Positions 56,522-58,669 of a stretch of DNA of 58,669 bases are shown in pieces (position 1 is the stretch's first letter; each line of letters starts with the position of its first letter). Source of the DNA: a virus (taxonomy: Duplodnaviria > Caudoviricetes); the IMG/VR virus record IMGVR_UViG_3300042392_001665, positions 1 to 58,669 of that record, one strand, 5' to 3'. The notes under the pieces were generated by a model. That model saw only the letters and a program-made list of their open reading frames with translations. It was not told the DNA's origin and ran no database searches. The position numbers and the translations under genes are program-made.

Positions 56522-57349
56522 ATGAAAATATTATATAAAAATATTGATCAATCTTTGTTGTTTAATAAAGAAACAGAATTTAGAACAAATGCTGGATGGG
56601 AAGAGAATTTTTTAATCTATCAAGATCAGATTTTAAAAAGTATAATAAACCCAATTGAAAACTATGAGACAGTAAGATATATACATGAGCCATATAATGT
56701 AACAATTTCCGGAGTTCAAACATTACAATGTGATATTTGGTTTTACTTTAATTTTTTAAATAATTCTAACACATACACAAATGGTTTGGATTATAACTTA
56801 ATTGGAATTAGCCCCAAAGAAAATGCTAAGTTATTAAAACACACAGCAAATAGTTTTTTTAGACTAGAGTTTTATACAACACCATTTAGAGAAACTCAAA
56901 AATTGGTTTTTGCAAAAAACCTATCGATTCCGTTAGGCCAAAAAGTTTATGATATAAATTTAAAAGACAAAATTTTTGTACCGGTATTCAATGGCAACAA
57001 TTATAGAAATACAGAAAACATGTATATGTTTTGGTTTCCAGATAACACTGTTTATACTGGTACTACTTTTTATATGACAGCAAGATTTTTTAACGCTGAA
57101 GATGGCACAATTACTAGATTTTTAAATAGAGATCTAACGATAAATAATTCTGGGTTAGTTGACGGCACTAGAGTTGGGTTAGTTTCAAATCCTGTTAAAT
57201 TTTATGAAATGAATCCAAATGTCAGCACAAATCCTGAACAAAATGTTTATTATAGAGTGGTGTTTAAAAGACCCGAACATACATATGTGATAACAAGAGG
57301 ACTTGGTAATAATTGTGATTTTAGCGGTGGATATGCAATAAAACAATAA
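56522..57349 (+). CDS. Probable virion structural protein
   Basis: Same operon; aromatic- and Asn-rich. Confidence 0.6.
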   Translation: MKILYKNIDQSLLFNKETEFRTNAGWEENFLIYQDQILKSIINPIENYETVRYIHEPYNVTISGVQTLQCDIWFYFNFLNNSNTYTNGLDYNLIGISPKENAKLLKHTANSFFRLEFYTTPFRETQKLVFAKNLSIPLGQKVYDINLKDKIFVPVFNGNNYRNTENMYMFWFPDNTVYTGTTFYMTARFFNAEDGTITRFLNRDLTINNSGLVDGTRVGLVSNPVKFYEMNPNVSTNPEQNVYYRVVFKRPEHTYVITRGLGNNCDFSGGYAIKQ

Positions 57350-57350
57350 A

Positions 57351-58669
57351 ATGAAAAAATTAAAATACGAAATTTTAAGAAAAAATATTTTAAGTGTATC
57401 GTTAATATCACTAACCAGTAAGAATTGGAAAGATGAGAAAAACAACATTATATCCTGGACTGGCACCACATATATTGGACCATCCGTTAGTGATGTTGTA
57501 TATAATACAAACGAAACGTCACCATTAATTAAGGGATATTATAAATGGAATGGGACGACTTGGATTTTTTTGGGTGTGGATAAAAGTTCGCGTGTTACAA
57601 CATTTAATGTAACGAACAATGGTAGCGGAAATTATTTAATAAATGGAATTTCAAACCCAACATTATCTTTAACTAAAGGAGTAAAATATACATTTAACAT
57701 AAATGCAACCGGACATCCATTTTTAATTAAAACGATTAGTGGTATAGGTACAAGTAACCAATACAACTCAGGTGTTACAAATAATGGAACAAGTAATGGT
57801 GTGATAACTTTTGTGGTACCACATAATGCCCCATCTACATTATATTATAATTGTCAGTTTCACATTAGTATGGCCGGGCAAATTAATGTTACTGATTCAC
57901 CATATTTGGATTATAACCTACCACTATTTTTAGAAGCAAAAGCTGATGAATTAGGGGTGATGGTTGGTTTTGATGGTGAGATTGAACAAGCGGAACAACT
58001 GTGTAATTTTGTTTATTCCGCTAATACCGGAAACACGCTTACTGTATATAACTCAGCTAGTAATATAAAACTAAAAAGAATTATCGACGCCACATTTACA
58101 ATTAATTGGGGTGACGGATCAGCGACCCAATCTATAGGTATTTTAAGCGGTTTAACGAAGACTTATTCAACAGCTGGCACAAAGTCCGTTTCTATAACAA
58201 TGACAGCCCCATGGAAGACAGAAACCGTTACAAAAGACATTAAATTACCATTAATTAGTAATACCCCAACAGATTTAGCAGCATTTACATACTCCGGCTC
58301 AACATTACCATATTTTAATACCTCTGATGATTATTTACAATCTGGTAGAACACAAAATTATGGTAACATATATGATTATTCTGGAAATTCTTTTACAGGA
58401 ACAACAACATTTTTGGCTTTAGGTAAAAGTAGAAAAATTGAGAAAAAATTATATGGTGGTAACACATACAGTGGTGTTACTGGAACAACAATTGCAATTG
58501 AGGGAACAACATATAATTGTGACAAGTATGTAATAGACGGCTTAACATACCTTGATTTATCTGATGGAACAACGTATATTACTGGTAATACTTCAACATT
58601 TACATCAGAAACTCAATTCACAAAAAAATTAACTAGAAATGATCATTATCTTGGTTTTATTTCAGAACC
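57351..58669 (+). CDS. Virion protein with cupredoxin-like and PKD-like domains, runs off the window end (not in ORF track)
   Basis: MKKLKYEILRK...GHPFLIK...APSTLYYNCQFHISMAGQINV...FTINWGDGS...KTYSTAGTKSV; open to the end. Confidence 0.8.
   Translation, partial: MKKLKYEILRKNILSVSLISLTSKNWKDEKNNIISWTGTTYIGPSVSDVVYNTNETSPLIKGYYKWNGTTWIFLGVDKSSRVTTFNVTNNGSGNYLINGISNPTLSLTKGVKYTFNINATGHPFLIKTISGIGTSNQYNSGVTNNGTSNGVITFVVPHNAPSTLYYNCQFHISMAGQINVTDSPYLDYNLPLFLEAKADELGVMVGFDGEIEQAEQLCNFVYSANTGNTLTVYNSASNIKLKRIIDATFTINWGDGSATQSIGILSGLTKTYSTAGTKSVSITMTAPWKTETVTKDIKLPLISNTPTDLAAFTYSGSTLPYFNTSDDYLQSGRTQNYGNIYDYSGNSFTGTTTFLALGKSRKIEKKLYGGNTYSGVTGTTIAIEGTTYNCDKYVIDGLTYLDLSDGTTYITGNTSTFTSETQFTKKLTRNDHYLGFISE

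Noticed and set aside
81-57469. Short ORFs antisense to or nested in long genes (e.g. 81-350, 8886-9260, 23810-24163, 42813-43178, 57185-57469)
   Set aside because: Shadow frames of well-supported genes, with no recognisable motifs.
1-58669. Stop-codon reassignment as in some jumbo phages
   Set aside because: Long genes are intact in code 11, and TAG (13381, 40081, 42093) and TGA (5158) end genes at sensible positions.
1-58669. tRNA/rRNA genes, integrase, transposase or reverse-transcriptase (DGR/retron) systems
   Set aside because: No supporting motifs were seen and intergenic space is minimal.

Overview
AT-rich (~30% GC by eye), gene-dense fragment of a large T4-like contractile-tailed (jumbo-type) phage genome, read in the standard code. 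Left arm (mostly minus strand): gp55-like late sigma factor, three glycosyltransferases, degenerate HAD and HD proteins, PhoH, dUTPase, a WYL-domain protein, a 46-47-aa repeat protein and probable internal head proteins. The rest holds a family-B DNA polymerase, SNF2 helicase, neck proteins, sheath, tube, chaperone, tape measure, large baseplate proteins, a replication block (SSB, UvsX/RecA, 5'-3' exonuclease, DnaB-like helicase, nrdB/nrdA) and a second baseplate/fibre block. Host cues suggest Bacteroidota (inference). Most notable observations: (1) a [S/T]-G-x-T motif strongly enriched in outer virion proteins, which with three phage glycosyltransferases suggests a virion O-glycosylation system; (2) a 14-copy 8-bp tandem array plus a parS-like palindrome around the tail tube gene; (3) a probable +1/-2 programmed frameshift in the tail chaperone; (4) two promoter classes, including a TATTTAT late motif; (5) ORFs missed by the track (an RHH regulator and a cupredoxin/PKD virion protein). 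All calls come from motif recognition by eye; no searches were run.
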